NCBI GenBank assembly: GCA_963831885.1
Contig: CAWHSJ010000008.1
Coordinates: 154,922-178,921, forward strand
DNA: 24,000 nucleotides
DNA from: an uncultured Chloroflexia bacterium
GTDB taxonomy: Bacteria; Chloroflexota; Anaerolineae; Anaerolineales; Villigracilaceae
Reading direction: 5' to 3'
Below the pieces are notes generated by a model that made no database searches, was not told the DNA's origin, and worked only from the letters and a program-made list of their open reading frames with translations. Below, piece by piece: positions 23,741 through 24,000 of this stretch. How positions within the stretch are numbered: the stretch's first letter is position 1; every line of letters begins with the position of its first letter. The translations under genes were made by a program, and so were the position numbers.

Positions 23741-23749
23741 ATTATAGCA
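23741..23749 (-). promoter_or_regulatory. Extended -10 element (TGcTATAAT) upstream of the MalT-like regulator gene
   Basis: The minus strand reads CATGCTATAATCC. TATAAT is the reverse complement of 23741-23746 and TG is the reverse complement of 23748-23749. It lies about 35 nt upstream of the start codon. There is no good -35 element, which is consistent with an extended -10 promoter. Confidence 0.4.
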
Positions 23750-23955
23750 TGCCGGTATTGCAACGAATGCCTGTCCTTTTATGGAGAATATCAAAGTACC
23801 CGGGGGGTTAACAAGCCGGGGAAAATGTCAGTTCACCGATCATCTCCACCGGGGATTACCATCTCTCTTGTGAACACTAAATCAATCCGCATGATTCAGT
23901 GTTCTTTTTTTGAATGGGCAACATACAGGATTTCAGTACAGTTCCACCCTTTCAC

Positions 23956-24000
23956 TTCTGTATTATCTGTATTTAAGGTATCCCCTTGGGGGCACAGGAA
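23956..24000. repeat. REP-like palindromic element, copy C (cut off by the window end)
   Basis: TTCTGTATTATCTGTATTTAAGGTATCCCCTTGGGGGCACAGGAA aligns with copy B (TTCTGT--TATCCGTATATACAGCACCCCCTTGGGGGCACC) at about 80 percent identity. Confidence 0.65.

Overview
This is a 24-kb bacterial chromosomal segment with about 22 genes and visibly mosaic GC content. The protein repertoire is reminiscent of Chloroflexota, but I cannot verify that here.

Gene order, left to right:
- a 5'-truncated FG-GAP-like protein
- an ABCB-type exporter
- an FGGY sugar kinase
- a SAM methyltransferase
- a YqhA-like membrane protein
- a heliorhodopsin gene, convergent with a six-gene minus-strand operon (thioredoxin-fold-like protein, membrane protein, DegV, DUF1295, DUF1475, DUF4345)
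- an IS110-family insertion sequence
- DUF1801 and VOC/glyoxalase genes with a divergent MarR regulator
- an IS4/IS701-like insertion sequence sitting in the loop of a terminator hairpin, with a clear target-site duplication
- an overlapping RibD_C/DHFR-like and M50B-like metalloprotease gene pair
- a MalT/LAL-type LuxR regulator followed by a small unknown protein and an ABC-2 exporter

Main observations:
1. The 262-nt leader of the IS110 transposase folds on paper into a bridge-RNA-like structure. A symmetric internal loop has two arms that match the two flanks of the element around a shared AT core. This fixes the element boundaries at 12065-13621.
2. The site the element occupies belongs to a dispersed palindromic REP-like repeat (core CCCCTTGGGGGCAC). 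Further, unoccupied copies lie at about 18.65 kb and 23.97 kb.
3. The heliorhodopsin has all hallmark residues and sits in a lipid/membrane gene neighbourhood.
4. Three genes (the ABC exporter, heliorhodopsin and DUF1475) each carry a single-base insertion at a short homopolymer. This looks more like assembly error than decay.
5. A perfect 10-bp-stem hairpin sequesters the Shine-Dalgarno sequence of the small gene that heads the ABC-2 operon.

I found no rRNA, tRNA or CRISPR array.
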